DNA of 64,000 nt from Camelus ferus (lineage: Eukaryota): NCBI RefSeq assembly GCF_009834535.1, contig NC_045697.1:66156001-66220000 (forward strand), given 5' to 3'. The notes under the pieces were generated by a model. It searched no databases. It saw only the letters and a list, made by a program, of their open reading frames with translations, and had not been told where the DNA came from. Positions 15,989-29,069 of this stretch are shown here, in pieces; positions within the stretch are counted from its first letter, which is position 1; the number at the start of each line of letters is the position of its first letter. Both the position numbers and the translations under genes were made by a program.

Positions 15989-16153
15989 CTAGAGTTTGGT
16001 TTGCGGCCTTTGCTGTATCCAGTCAGCTATGGCAGGAATGCTTTGGACTTTCCTGCGTAATGTCACCAGCCTGGGATGGATGTCCAACAAATCAGGTTTA
16101 AAGACCAAAAGTGTGGTACTGCAGATTTCCCAGTAGAAGTCTGCCCAAGTTAC
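15989..16153 (-). CDS. HPGDS: HPGDS last coding exon (VTWADFYWEICSTTLLVFKPDLLDIHPRLVTLRRKVQSIPAIADWIQQRPQTKL*)
   Basis: aactag| acceptor; 165 bp including TAG; sigma-class GST C-terminus with Cys156 and Lys198. Confidence 0.98.
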   Translation of the reverse strand, partial: VTWADFYWEICSTTLLVFKPDLLDIHPRLVTLRRKVQSIPAIADWIQQRPQTKL

Positions 16154-16223
16154 CTAGTTTAAAGGAAGCAAATTTTCATTGGAACATAAAAGGCCTAACT
16201 TCTTAATCTGAAGGTAGTGTATG

Positions 16224-17516
16224 ACAAGCAGTGGGAAAGCTGGACAGCCCCATGTAAAACAATGATATTGGAACACTCCCTCACAGCATACACAAAGATT
16301 AACTCAAAATGGCTTAAAGACTTAAACATAAGACAGGACACCATAAGTCTAGAAGAAAACAGGCAAAACATTCTCTGATATAAATCACAGCAGTGTTATC
16401 CTAGGGCAGTGCACCAAGGCAATGAAAATAAAAGCAAAAATAAACAAACGGGACCTAAGTAAACTTAGAAGCTTTTGCACAGCAAAGGAAACTATAAACA
16501 AAAGGAAAAGACAACCTATAGAGTAGGAGAAAATAATTGCAAACGATGCAACTGCCAAGGGCTTAATTTACAGAATATATAAACAACTCAATAACAAATA
16601 ACCCAATCAGAAAATGTGCAGAAGACCTAAACATTTCTCCAATGAAGACATACCAATGGGCACATGAAAAAATGCTCAATATCACTAATTATCAGAGAAA
16701 TGCATATCAAAATTACAATGAGGTATCACCTCACACCAATCAGAATGGCCATCATTAAAAAGTCCACAAATGAAAAGTGCTGGAGAGGGTGTTCAGAAAT
16801 GTTTACTCCTCCTACATTGTTGGTGGGATTGTAGTTTGGTGTAGCCACTATGGAAAACAGCATGGAGATTTCTTATAAAACTAAAAATAGATTTATGATC
16901 CAGCAATCCCACTCCTGAGCATGTATCTGAAGGGAATTCTAATTCAAAAACATACATGCACCCCAGTGTTCCCAGAAGCACTATATAATAGCCAAGTCAT
17001 GGAAGCAACCTAATGTCCTTCAACAGATGACAGGATAAAGAATCTGTGGTATATTTATACAATGGAATACTACTCAGCCATAAAAAAAGAATTTGCGTTG
17101 CATTTGCAGCAACGTGGATGGACCAGAAGATTGTCATACTAAGCCAGACAAAGACAAATATTGATACGATATCACTTACATGTGGAATCTTAAAAAATTA
17201 CACAAATGAACTTATTTACAGAAAGAGACTCACAGACATAGAAAACAAACAATGGTTACCAAGGGTGAAAGGCAGTGGGAAGGGATAAATTGGGAGTTTG
17301 GGATTTGCAGATACTGACTACTACATATAAAATAGATAAACAATAAGGTCCCACTGTATAGCACAGGGAACTATATTTAATACCTTGCAATGACATCTAA
17401 TGAAAAAATATGAAAAGGACTATATACATATACATATACACAACTAAATCACTGTGCTGTACACTAGAAATTAACATACCATTGTAAACCAATTATACTT
17501 CAGTAAAAATAATAAT
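16224..17516 (+). mobile_element. 5'-truncated L1 (ORF2 end, 3' UTR, A-tail)
   Basis: Typical ORF2 3' sequence (aaatgcatatcaaaattacaatgaggtatcacctcacacc), A-rich tail, TSD core gtagtgta at 16214-16221 and 17519-17526. Confidence 0.93.
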
Positions 17517-17864
17517 AAGTAGTGTAAGTGAAAATAATCTGTAATTACAAAAGCAGAATGTGTATATGATAGAAAGTTACAGACTCCCAGTGCACAGAGG
17601 TTACTCATATTAATACCTCTGTGCATGGTATTTTTCTATGCATGTGTGTGTGTGTGTATTTTCACTAAAATGAGATCTTACAGTACATACTCTTGTAACT
17701 TGATTCAGTCTCTGCCTCTCTGTGATAATACATTTTCATCTTATTTAATACCCAATCAATACTTTTCTATTTCAAAAATGTTCTTTATAAGATAAAGCAG
17801 AATCCATCTCAGGACCATGCATTTCACCTTGTTATATTCTTTAACTTTCTTAATTCAGAACAGT

Positions 17865-19215
17865 ACTCTGGCATTTTTCACTGAACTAGACCAAATAATT
17901 TTAAAATTTGTATGGAAACACAAGAGACCTTAAATAGTCAAAGCAGTCTTGAGAAGGCAAACAGAGCTGGAGGAACCATGCTATGCTCCTGTAGAAATCT
18001 ACAGTAACCAACACAGCATGGTACTGACACAGAACCAGACTCATAGATCAATGGAAAAGCATAAAGGGCCCAGAAATATACCCATGCACTATGGTCAATT
18101 AGTCTACAACAAGAGGCAAGAGTATACAATGGAGAGAAAACAATCTCTTCAATAAATGGTGCTGAGGAAACAGAACAGCTATATGTAAAAAAATGAAATT
18201 AGAATGTTCTCTACTACCATATAAAAACAAACTCAAAATGGATTATGGACCTAAATATAAGACTGGAAATGATAGGACTCCTAAAGGAAAACATAGAATA
18301 CTCTTGGACATAAATTGTAGCAATATTATTTTGGATCTGTCTCCTAAAGCAAAGAAAATAAAAGCAAAAATAAACAAATAGGACCTAATTAAACTTAAAA
18401 GCTTTTGCATAGCAAAGGAAACCATCAACAAAACAAAAAGGCAACCTGTTGAATGGGAGAAAATATTTGCAAAATGATATAAGCCATAAAGAGTTAATGT
18501 TCAACATATATTAACAGCTCATACAACTCAACATCAAAAATACAAACAATCTGATTAAAAAATGGGCAGAAGACCTGAATAGACATTTTTCCAAAGAAGG
18601 TATGCAGATGGCCAGCAGACACGTAAAAAAAAGCTCAGCATTATTAATCATTAGGGAAATACAAATCAAAACCACAATGGTATTATCACCTCACACCTGT
18701 CAGAATGGCTGTTATCAAAAAGATCACAAGTAACAAATGTTGGCAAGTATATGGAGAAAAGGGAACTTTTGTACGCTGTTGGTGGGAATGCAAATTGATG
18801 CAGCCACTGTGGAAAGCAGTATGAAGTTTTCTCAAAAAACTAAAAATAGAACTACCATATGACCCAGAAATTCTGCTCCTGGGTATATATCTGAAAGAAA
18901 CAAATACACAAATTCAAAAAGATACATGCACCCCAATGTTCACATTATTTACAGTAGCCAAGATATGGAAGCAACCCAAGTGTCCATTGACAGGTGAATA
19001 CTATTCAGTCACAAAAAAGAATGAAATTTTGCCATTTACAGCAACATGGATGGGTTTGAAACCATTTATGCTTAGTGAAAGAAGTCAGACAGAGAAAGAC
19101 AAATACTGTATGGTATCACTTACATGCAGAATCTAAGAAATACAACAAACTAGTGAATATAACCAGAACAAAGAAGCAGACCCACAGATACAGAGAACAA
19201 ACTAGTGGTTACCAG
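17865..19215 (+). mobile_element. L1 ORF2 3' fragment, truncated at both ends
   Basis: ggcatttttcactgaactag...atggaaacacaagagacct...aaactagtggttaccag; ORF2 has stops and frameshifts. Confidence 0.92.
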
Positions 19216-19428
19216 TTACATGAGACATTCAATACTTTATTATAAAATAGACTTTGTGTAGATGATTTTGCCCAATTGTAAGCTACTGTAAGTGTTCTGA
19301 GCATATTTGAGGTAGGCTAGGCCAGGCTATGATATTCAGTAGGTTATGTGTATTTTTTGACTCAAGATACTTTCAATTTATGAATGATTTATTGGGATGT
19401 AACCTTACTGTTAATTGAGGAAAATCTG
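19216..19428 (-). mobile_element. MER47/Tigger5-like DNA transposon half
   Basis: ttattataaaatagactttgtgtagatgattttgcccaa...gaggaaaatctg|ta matches the reverse of the recalled MER47 5' end. Confidence 0.75.
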
Positions 19429-19486
19429 TAATAATTTGGCTCCATAGCATCTTCTAAAAGTCACCAAAGAATCTTTGGTTTTGAGG

Positions 19487-19512
19487 TGTGTGTGTGTGTG
19501 TGTGTGTGTGTG
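19487..19512. repeat. (TG)13 microsatellite
   Basis: Seen directly. Confidence 0.95.
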
Positions 19513-19529
19513 TATTTGGTGGCGGTGAT

Positions 19530-19870
19530 TATCATACACTCATGGATTAATTCATTTTGATTTGTTTTAATCCGCTGCAGCTAGCATTCTTATTGAAGCT
19601 TGAGTTGTCCCATGTTTGGCCAGTGGGAATCTCTTTGAGGTGGCTGCTGAGTTCTTTTGATACAACCCCAGTCGGTTTGTTTGTCTGTTTGTTTTGATAA
19701 TTTATTTGGTTCTGGTATGAAAAAGTATTCCCAGCTCATGTTTTACATTTCCTGCCCCAAAATGAGAATGAGCTATTTCTTCAAGAAGCCCTGGTTCTTT
19801 TTAGTATTCAGAGACCAGAATCTGGGTCCTAGGGTACCCAGAACAGCAAGGTTGGTCATTTTTTCAAGAA
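19530..19870 (-). mobile_element. Old L1MC-type 3' UTR fragment
   Basis: ttgtcccatgtttggccagtgggaatc...ttcttcaagaagccctggttcttttta. Boundaries approximate. Confidence 0.55.
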
Positions 19871-20373
19871 AATGAGATGCAAAATGCTTTTTTTCTTTAT
19901 CCTAAGATAAAGTACATCATGAACCAAAAATGGTGTATGATTATTCTTTTTTGTTGACAGAATATCTATAATGAGATGTCTACTCAAATCATTGTGTTTT
20001 ACAAATAATAATCTTTCTTAAACTAGTTTTTACTAAGAAGAGTACACAGGTACTTCTCCACAGACTGTGCATCAATTTGGCACAATCTCATTTGTTTCAC
20101 TTTGCTTTTGTTTTGCAGTGACAGCTTTTTTAAATGATTTTGTTGTTATATAATTATATAAAATATTTTAGTTTGTGTTTCCAAAGTTAAGTCCACCAAA
20201 AATGTTTATTCCAAGAAATTTAGCCTTTGTCCCTACTCGCTAAGCTCCTCCCTCCTCCCTATGGGCAACACTTTTTTCAATAAGGTTTTATAAGTTTTTG
20301 GTATGTAGATATAGATATAGATATATAGATAAAGATATAAACTTGTATTTTTTAAGATGTAAAACATACTCAC

Positions 20374-20472
20374 AGAGTTACCAATAAACCACTCTTTTTC
20401 CCCTAAATATGTGTCCAAATCTTGCAGAAGATGAGGTGCATCACACGTAAGTAGCTCCTTAAACATCTGATC
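20374..20472 (-). CDS. HPGDS: HPGDS coding exon (DQMFKELLTCDAPHLLQDLDTYLGEKEWFIGNS)
   Basis: tcctag| and |gtgagt on -; 99 bp. Confidence 0.98.
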
Positions 20473-22707
20473 CTAGGAGAGAGAGAAAAAGACCACTTGA
20501 AGGATAATAGGAAGAAAAATAAATAATACGATTTGAAGAGGAAGTAGATTTTTCCATCTTCATTTTCCCGTGAGTTCAAAAAAGAAGAGGAGAAGCTACA
20601 TGTTATTGGTGGGTGGTTGTTTTTTAAAATGTATGTCATAGAGATTCAGGTTTGATTCTCTACAGACCTTATTTCCCCCTTTATTACTCATGGATTAAAA
20701 AATAAATATTTTTATCATCAGTTCTTATAGTTTCTTTGCATATAATGACTAAATATTTCATCCATAAAATCTTTACATGCTTTTTATCTTAATTTTTGTT
20801 AATGAAAATTATTCCATTATGTTTTTACATTTCTAAAATTCCCCCTTTTTTTAGCCTCCCTCTCTTTAAAGTAAAATAATGTAACTGAAGATAAAGAAAT
20901 TAATTTTAATTTATAAGGCTAGATTCCCCCAGTTTGGCAGTCTTTCATCTCACCATTGTGCTTAACAGAAGTTAATTCATAATAAATCGTTACGCTCTCG
21001 GTGCTTTCTGGATTTCCTCTCTTGACATTGTGCCTTAGTGTGAGATTTGTCTGCCTTGAATATCATCTATAAAATCCATCATCTGGATGCCCCACTTTTA
21101 ATATAATATGTAAGGTATCATCACAAATCAAAGAATATCCTCAGAAGAAAATTTACAGATACATCTATTTTAAAAAGTTATCTTTATGTTTTTACTTGGA
21201 TCTCTGATGGCCAAATGATTTATTCATGTCCTCTTTCTTGGTAAGAAATACTTATTTGTTTATATTGGGCTAGTTTGTATCATGGATGTGAAATGTAAGC
21301 CAAATTGAAAAAAATTATAAAACATGTATATGACATTAATTAATATTCATAAGTGGCCTATAATAAAATCCAGCCTTTATTGAGGTAAGTCAGTTAGTGG
21401 ATAAGTTTCTCACCAATTTGCTGATTTACTTCCTGTTAGTATTATGACTTAGCCAGGTAATATAGATTACTATAACATACTGTCTTTTATTTGTAGAGCA
21501 CAGTTTGCTAAAGAATCACCATATATTTACATACATGTGCCAGATTTCACAAACTGGAGCTTTGGAAGCTTGTCATTATTTTGATTTTATATGCTCTCCA
21601 CGGTTCTATACCTCCTTTGTATATAAGGTTCTCTCTCTATGGTGAATATATTCATAGTTCTAAATAAAATAGTGCGAGTCCTTCAGCCCCTTACACAGAA
21701 TTTGTGAGCTGAGGTGCAATGGGCCCAGAAGCAAGTGGCACTTCCCACAGCTCAGCTGAGCATCAGTTGGGGAGGTAACAGCCAGCTTGGCTGTCCTAGA
21801 ATAGCTAGAAACAGGGGGGAGTTAAACAGAGCAGGATGTAGCTGCTGGACGGCTTTCCAAAAACTCCTGAATACTCACCTGGGTAATTCTGTTACTTTTT
21901 CTAATGTGCATTTCCACAATTTAAAGTACACCAGTGCTGTGTATATGCAATTCCAAATAGAAATTTCTCTGCACTCTTGACTTCTCCTTTAGCCAGGTTC
22001 TCTTTATGTGTCTGGTTAATCATCTCAGTCTAATGAAATGTAATTGCTAAACAGCATAATTATTAGTATTTAAGAATCATTTTAAAACTCACCAAAATAA
22101 CCTAAAGAAGATAAAATTTAATTATACATCCTTTTTAAAGTGCATTTTCTGATAAACTCTAGTGGTGGACTCTTAACTTGGTGGACTCAGAAATTTCCTA
22201 CCTCCTCCAGAGCATTATAAGGCAGGAGGTTGTCACCCTGAAAAGTCATTGCTATAGTATTCTATCAAATGATCTTTAGCAGAATTAGGGAGGTTTGTGT
22301 ATTTCTCCAAAGCACCATTTTAAAATTCACAGTACTAAAAGCATTTAGTATTGGAAATGGGCCACTAGCATTCCTTCAATCCTGCTCATCCTTCATCTCC
22401 CCACCCACCACCCCCTGCCCTGTTCTTCAGATGAGGAACCTGAAACAGATGCAAAGTTTAACCACAGAAACACTAGTGCCAAGTGCAAAGATTATCAATG
22501 TGACCAATGCCGAGAGACATATTTTGCCTTATAAATTAAATTTAAATTAACTTTAAAATGTTAATTGGAAATAGAATTTTAGCAACCAATACTGAAACAT
22601 TTATAATCGTGTATTTGGTAGTTTTTTTAAACACATAGAATAAGAGGACTTTTTTCACTATCCATTCTTCTTTACTGCATCAATATTCTGCTTTCAAAAA
22701 TTTTACC

Positions 22708-22726
22708 TGACCACAAGGTGGCAGCA
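22708..22726 (+). promoter_or_regulatory. Candidate CTCF site TGACCACAAGGTGGCAGCA
   Basis: Close match to the CCACNAGGTGGCAG core consensus; motif match only. Confidence 0.6.
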
Positions 22727-23214
22727 AAGCAACCCACTACGGAGAGACAAGCTGATGCGATACAAAAGAAGTGTGCGTGTTTCATTGTCTACTGCAAGTT
22801 CTTCTTGTTAATCAGATAATCAGATAGCCAAGCTATCTGCAATATTTCTGCAACATGTCCCGCTTTCTGATGGTTTATTCATGAACTTGGATTATGTCTT
22901 GCGAATTTTTTTTAAGGTAGGTGGTATGTAACAGCATTGTAATTCAAACATTAAGCATTCCTCTTAACATAAACATTCAAAGAATATTTTCCTCTGGGAG
23001 GTAGCCTCTGGTGTGGAGCCTCTGCCCCAGAAAGGTACAAAGCAGAGAAACAGAGATGGGCAAGCCCATGTGGAACAAAAAGCTTTAGATACTTTTTTCT
23101 AAATTGAGGATTATGCATCTACTTGTCTCTGCATTTATAAAGATATGTGAAATATAAATGTCATGACTGACAAATAAAAACAATGAGCACTGAATGGTAT
23201 GATAACACTGTATT

Positions 23215-23430
23215 AATTATAACAACTAATATTTATTGAACACTTTCTACTTAGCCACAGGTACTTATGCAACCATTTCATCCTCCCAACATACTTCAAA
23301 GCAGATTCTGTGATCTCTCTACTTTACAGACAAAGAATGAAAATTTGATAGGGAGTTAAGTGACAACTGGTAAAAAGAGAATCAGGATTCAAGCCTGGCA
23401 GTCTGACTCCAGAGCCCAAATGTATTTCTA
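23215..23430 (-). mobile_element. MIR SINE
   Basis: atttattgaacact...ctttacaga...ggattcaagcctggcagtctgactccagagcc core. Confidence 0.7.
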
Positions 23431-23477
23431 TCATCAAAGCTGGGCTTTTATGTAAGACTTTGTTCTGGTTACTCAGA

Positions 23478-23484
23478 TGTGTGT

Positions 23485-23524
<40 letters not shown>
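23478..23524. repeat. (TG)n microsatellite with one interruption
   Basis: Seen directly. Confidence 0.95.
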
Positions 23525-23526
<2 letters not shown>

Positions 23527-23774
23527 CTCTACACACACCTTACATTTATGTCAAGGAATCAGTACATGTGAATACTTTTATGTTCCAAATATCTCTATTC
23601 AAATCAGAGGGTCCTATTAAACAAACAGTATTTAGAATAAATATGCTTAAGTACATTGATAAGACTGCCACTTGTTTTGTGCTGGGGCTTTTGGATATAG
23701 GTCTTAAACCATGACATGCACGTAAATACTCGTGCACAGCTGTTTTGAACGGCTGCTGGCCCCGTGGCATTACA

Positions 23775-23960
23775 CCCGGTGGTTAAGAACGTGGAGGCTG
23801 AGTCAGAGTGTCTGGGATTTGAATTCCTTGTGCACCACCCACCAGCTAAATAACCTTAGGCAAGTTATTTACAGTACATGAACCTTAATTTCTTCATCTG
23901 GAAGACGAGGATAACGAAAGTTTCCAAAATTAAAGTGAAGAAGGCTTGATGATAAGAGAT
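23775..23960 (+). mobile_element. MIR SINE
   Basis: gtggttaagaac...accttaggcaagttattta...aatttcttcatctg core. Confidence 0.7.
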
Positions 23961-24803
23961 ACGAACACTGGGGATGTGCCCCAAGTAAACAAAGGAGTAA
24001 ATAAAAACAGAGGGTGGCATCCAGGAAACAGGACTCCAGCTCAAGAGAAAGACATTCCTGGAATGGCAGTGAAGGGAAGTCCAATGATGACAGCTGGGCA
24101 AAAAGCCTAGACAGCTCTCCAAAGGGAAAAGGACATCTCTGGCCAGCCAGCTCCAAGAAAATAATGGAAATAATAGGTTACCTGGTATCATTTACTCGGT
24201 GGAAAATTATATCGGCAGGCATTGAGTAGTGTGGGAAGGTTCAGCAATGGAAGTAGGAAGAATTAAGCAAGTGAAAAAAGGCAATTACTAATTTGAGGAA
24301 GAAAGTGAGAAAGGAAATATAATCAAAGTATACTACCATGCACGATTCTGCACACTATTTGTATACGCATATTAATGTAATGACTGAACATGGATTTCAC
24401 CACAAAATTTTAATATATTGGGAGTTTGGGGGAAGAGGAGCAGAGAGAATGACTACATAAGAAATAAATTCTCATTAATTTAGTCTACTGAAATGACCTA
24501 AAATTAGTGAATCAAAGAAAGCCATATTTACATATCCTATAGAAATATGAAGATATGGAAATCCTAAAGAAACAGCTGAAAGTGTTAAAATGAGGGTTGC
24601 ATCTGAGGAAGGGTTAATATGAAGAGGTAGGACTGGGAATCACTGTAGTACTTTGTTTGAAACTTTTTAATATAATTGGATATTTTAAAACCATGGTATG
24701 TCTTACTTTGATTTTTTTAAAAAAGGAACTTTTAAAAGCACCTAACATAATGTTTGGCAAGAGGAAATGATTAATAGCAGTAATAGCAAACTGATCACAT
24801 TAC

Positions 24804-24913
24804 TTTTACATCTTGTTTTTTCTCTGCCCAAGGAAAACATGACATGAAATCGTCCAACGTGTCCACGATTGCATCAACTTGACATTGTTCCAAGTCTGTT
24901 TTTCCAGCCAAAT
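24804..24913 (-). CDS. HPGDS: HPGDS coding exon (DLAGKTDLEQCQVDAIVDTLDDFMSCFPWAEKKQDVK)
   Basis: ccatag| and |gtaatg on -; 110 bp; contains Asp93/96/97 and Trp104. Confidence 0.98.
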
Positions 24914-26846
24914 CTATGGAATAGAGAGAGGCCATTTTAAGACCAAGAATATGCTCAATTTAACTTACTATAGTAAAACTTTTTAAACAGGCAATATATT
25001 CACATGGTTCAAAAATTCAAAACAATATAAAATAGTATCCATTGAGGACTAACTTCCACCCCTGCCCCCGCCCACTTCATTTTGCTTCCTTACCCACCAT
25101 ACTGGTAACCACTTTCATTAGTTTATTTTGTATTCTTCCATTGTTTCTTTGTGAAAATAAGAATATATATCCCACTCAATACGCACCTCCCCCATATGTC
25201 CTAGAGAGCCTTTCTTACAGGTCCCTTAAGGGCATCCTTGCTCTTTTTTCAGCTACATGGGATATCTTTAAGCAGAAATGCTGCAAATTTATTTTATGAT
25301 CCTCAACAGATTAGGTTTGTTTCCAGTCTTTTGCTAGTACAAGCAATACTACAATGAATAACCTGTTATCTTTTATCTTGTAGAAGGAATTATTTTTATT
25401 TTGCAGATAATTTTTGTCAGGAGCATTTGTTTTCTTCTTGGAAACTAAGTTTAAAATAATAGAGGAGGTTTTTTTTTTTTTTTCTGTCATTCATTGATTA
25501 TCATTTTGTTAAGGAATCATTGGTCTTCCCAAATATTTTCCCATTGGTGTCAATTTAAAATGCTTCAGTGTGGAAGCATTTTAAGATAGGTTGCTTTTGT
25601 ACAACTGTATAAATTTGCTAAAAATCAAGGAACTATATACTGACAATGGGTGAGTTGTATGTTAATTATACCTCAAGAAAGCTGTTAAAAGTGAAAGAAA
25701 ATGCTTCAGTAATTTGATTTCTTCTGTAAACTATCTATATTTGTGAGTGTGTGATGTTCAAAAGCTGATTCTTCTTTCTGACCTTGGAAAGTCCTTCCGA
25801 ATTGTATCATAGGTTCTCTTCACTCATTTTCATCCTTACTCCCTACTCTGACTTCCACGCGCAAGGCTTCAGTCAGTTTTATGCAGATGACTCTGTATTC
25901 AACACGTTTAGTCCTAAATTCCAGGTCCATATCCTCAGCCTCCTTTTGGGTAATCCTCTGTGTATCCTTTTGGCCCCTGAACTTCCTTCAGCAAATCCCA
26001 AAGTGCAGTCATCCTGTCCTACTGCAAACCAGCTCTTCTTCCTCATTCATTCAACAAATAATTACTGGGCTCCAACTGTGCATCGGCCCCAACAGTGGCT
26101 CCAGCAGTGAACCAAGGGGGTGAATCCCTTGCCTGCGTGGCACTTATGGCTAACTGGAGAGGACAGACAATGAAAAGGATATCGCAAGTTAAAGGAATTT
26201 TTTTTTTTAAATAAAGAAGAGGAAAAGAAGGAGCCATGAGAACAACAGACTATGTCCAACCTGCCATCTGCCTGGCCCTCACTCTTCCTACTCCAAAACA
26301 GTGCCCTCCACACGCCAAACCCTGCTTTCTAGCCCTGTGATGATGCTGTCTTCACAAACTTTCTCATATTTTCCTTACTCCTTGTTCTTTTCCATTTCTG
26401 TCTGGACTATTTCAATGACATCCATATGTGCATCCCTGCAGTCATGCCAAACTGATAGAAAGCATGGCCGGAATAATCTTCCAAGCTCATAGCTATGGTT
26501 ATGTTGCTTTTCCAGGTTAAAAACCTACAATTGAAGTCAGACATGCTAGCAAAAGTTTGGGTTCAGACATGTCTAATTTTTCAGCTGAATTCCAACAAGG
26601 GATTGGGAGCAAGGAAGTGCAGTTCAGGAGAGTCTGTAGGTCATATAAAATAAAATTATATTATTGTCTAGGGAACTCATGGAAAATTAAACTGATAGCA
26701 ATAGTACAAGTATACTTCTCTGGCATTTAATCCCATTTAATCCTATTCTTTGTAGTATAGGGTTAAATAATAAAGTTATTTAATGAATATTAAATATATG
26801 CCTTTTTTTCAGTTATCAAAAATCTTAAACACAATAAATGTATTAC

Positions 26847-26939
26847 CTGTGTTTCTGGTCAAATATCTTGCGATTGCTAGGCTCTGGTGAAGGTTAAGTC
26901 CATCGACTTCCAAAATGGGAATTTTGCCAAATGGAAGAG
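26847..26939 (-). CDS. HPGDS: HPGDS coding exon (TLPFGKIPILEVDGLNLHQSLAIARYLTRNT)
   Basis: tttaag| and |gtaata on -; 93 bp; GST PFGKIP and QSLAIARYL motifs. Confidence 0.98.
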
Positions 26940-27731
26940 CTTAAAATAAAGTGAGCAAAGAGTCAACTTCTAGAGCAAAATCAAGACAGAATATTTCCAT
27001 TTTACTGATAATGGTGGAAACAAAGCATGATTTTAAGTTACAGAATTCTTGAATATTTATTCTAAAAGGAACATTGGGCACCCTCTAGTGGAATCCTTAT
27101 GTTTTACAAGTAAAGTGAGTCGTTCAAAGATCTGTTACAGAGTTAGTGACAGAACCAGATCTAGAAACCAGGCTCATGGTGACGCTATACATCATACTAT
27201 ATATCATCTCATAAATTTACTAATTAACTTTTGAAAATATTTTCTTTTAAAGCTTCATTAACTTTTCTGGCTTCTATCAGAGATCAAATTATTCTTTAAA
27301 AATACAGTCTGAGAAATATGGCAAGTTTGATTTACATATTGAGTTATGGTAAAGAATTTAGCCCAAATTATTATTTTGATGAGTGACTATTTGACATACA
27401 TAGTAAGGTAATAGCGTATCTGGATAGATATAGGACAGACTCATAGCGTGTTATTATTTTATCTGTAAATCTTACTTTTTTTCTTATCTAAACGTATTAT
27501 ATTTTTGTCAGAAAGTAATTTGTTACTCTTTAGTATAGAAAAATTATAAGATAAATAAAAATAATTCTACCACATTGCTGGAAAACAAGCCGCTGAAAAA
27601 CAAGCAACTAGAAAACAAGCCACACCTAAATTTCCATGAGCTTAAAATATTATATTCACACTTACTTGCTTAAAATGCACATGCTTGCTTTGTTTTAATG
27701 GTTTACGCAGTAGATGACCTATAACATCTAT

Positions 27732-28234
27732 TATGCTAAAGAAAATTTGTAAGGAGAAATCCCGAGATTGACCATAAGGGCATGAAGGAGGGCAGATATT
27801 TCCTTAGGGTAAAACAACGGCCGGTCCTGGAAAGCCAGATCATCCATTAACAGAACTTTGTCCTGGCCTGAAAGCATGCTGTTTAACCCGAGGGAAGTAT
27901 TTGCTATCTCAAGATGTCCCAGAGGCAATAACAGGATAGACTTAGAAAATTTGCATACCCTGAGGAGGGTGATTGCTCCTGGAAGGAAATTAATTCCTGA
28001 AATTAATCAGTTAACCAGCAGGCAGAACTTAGTGCTTATCGCGTGGAATATCTAAAGCCCCACCTCTTTGATCGCATTTTTTTCTGAGTTGTATACTCGA
28101 CCAGGCTTTCGCACCGCTCTAGATCCACGAGATCTTGAGTCCCCTGGTCCCATCTTTGCTCTTTACTTTGTCTCTTTCTTAAGTCTTGTGTCACCTGTCC
28201 TCAGACACGGTCCTGAGCTGCGCTGGACGCAGCA
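27732..28234 (+). mobile_element. ERV1-type solo LTR
   Basis: GC-richer island ending gctgcgctggacgcagca, like an ERV1 U5 end; probable 4-bp TSD ctat/ctac with a degenerate 5' TG. Contains octamer ATTTGCAT at 27949. Confidence 0.6.
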
Positions 28235-28738
28235 CTACATAATTATACCATTTCAATATTTTAATTATTTTTCCCTATATGTATAAAAACAAAATCATAA
28301 TGTATATAGTGTTTGTAAACCATTTTTCATACGATAATACCTTTCTGAAATTTCTCTATATCAATGAAACACCATCTTTCTAATGATAGATACTTTGCCA
28401 TATGAATCATCACAATTTCCCTAACCAGTGGCTTAGCTTGGGACATACAATTATTTTTGAAAGACAGAAAAGAATAAAGTTCCACTTGAAATCCTGTGAC
28501 ACTGACACAGCTATTAGAATCAAACTTCAAGTGTCTTTCATATGTACTGAGTAAGTTCAAGATGAACTAGAGTTCACACCAGGAATAAAAACTTCTTTGA
28601 GTATTTATCTATAAGTGGGCCACATACTATTCTGAATGTCTGAGATACTGCAGTGCACAAAACAAAGTCCCAAATGAAGCTGACATGAATTGTGATCCCT
28701 TATTTGAAGCAAAGTATGTGATCAAGAGGGAATTAGCA

Positions 28739-28816
28739 GGGGGAGGTGGGTATTGCTCAGTGGTAGAGTGTGCTTAGCACGGTGGGTTCAATCCCCAGTA
28801 TCCCCATTAAAAAAAA
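28739..28816 (+). mobile_element. Short tRNA-derived SINE (Vic-1-like, internally deleted)
   Basis: gggtattgctcagtggtagag...gggttcaatccccagta plus A-tail. Confidence 0.8.
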
Positions 28817-29069
28817 GTGGGGGAGAATTAATACGCCTAACATTTGGGGGTGGTTCTTCATGGGCATCATACTAAATATTTAACATGCCCATTAGGTCTT
28901 CTGGTACTTACAACAACCTTGTGAAGTAGGAATTAATTACTATCTCATTTTATAGGTAAGGAAATGAGATGAAGAGAAGTTACATAAATAGTCCAGATCA
29001 CACACCTGGTAAAGGTGAGATCCAAACTGAGGTCAGTTAGAACTTTTGCTCAGCTGTTTTCTAGTTCTA

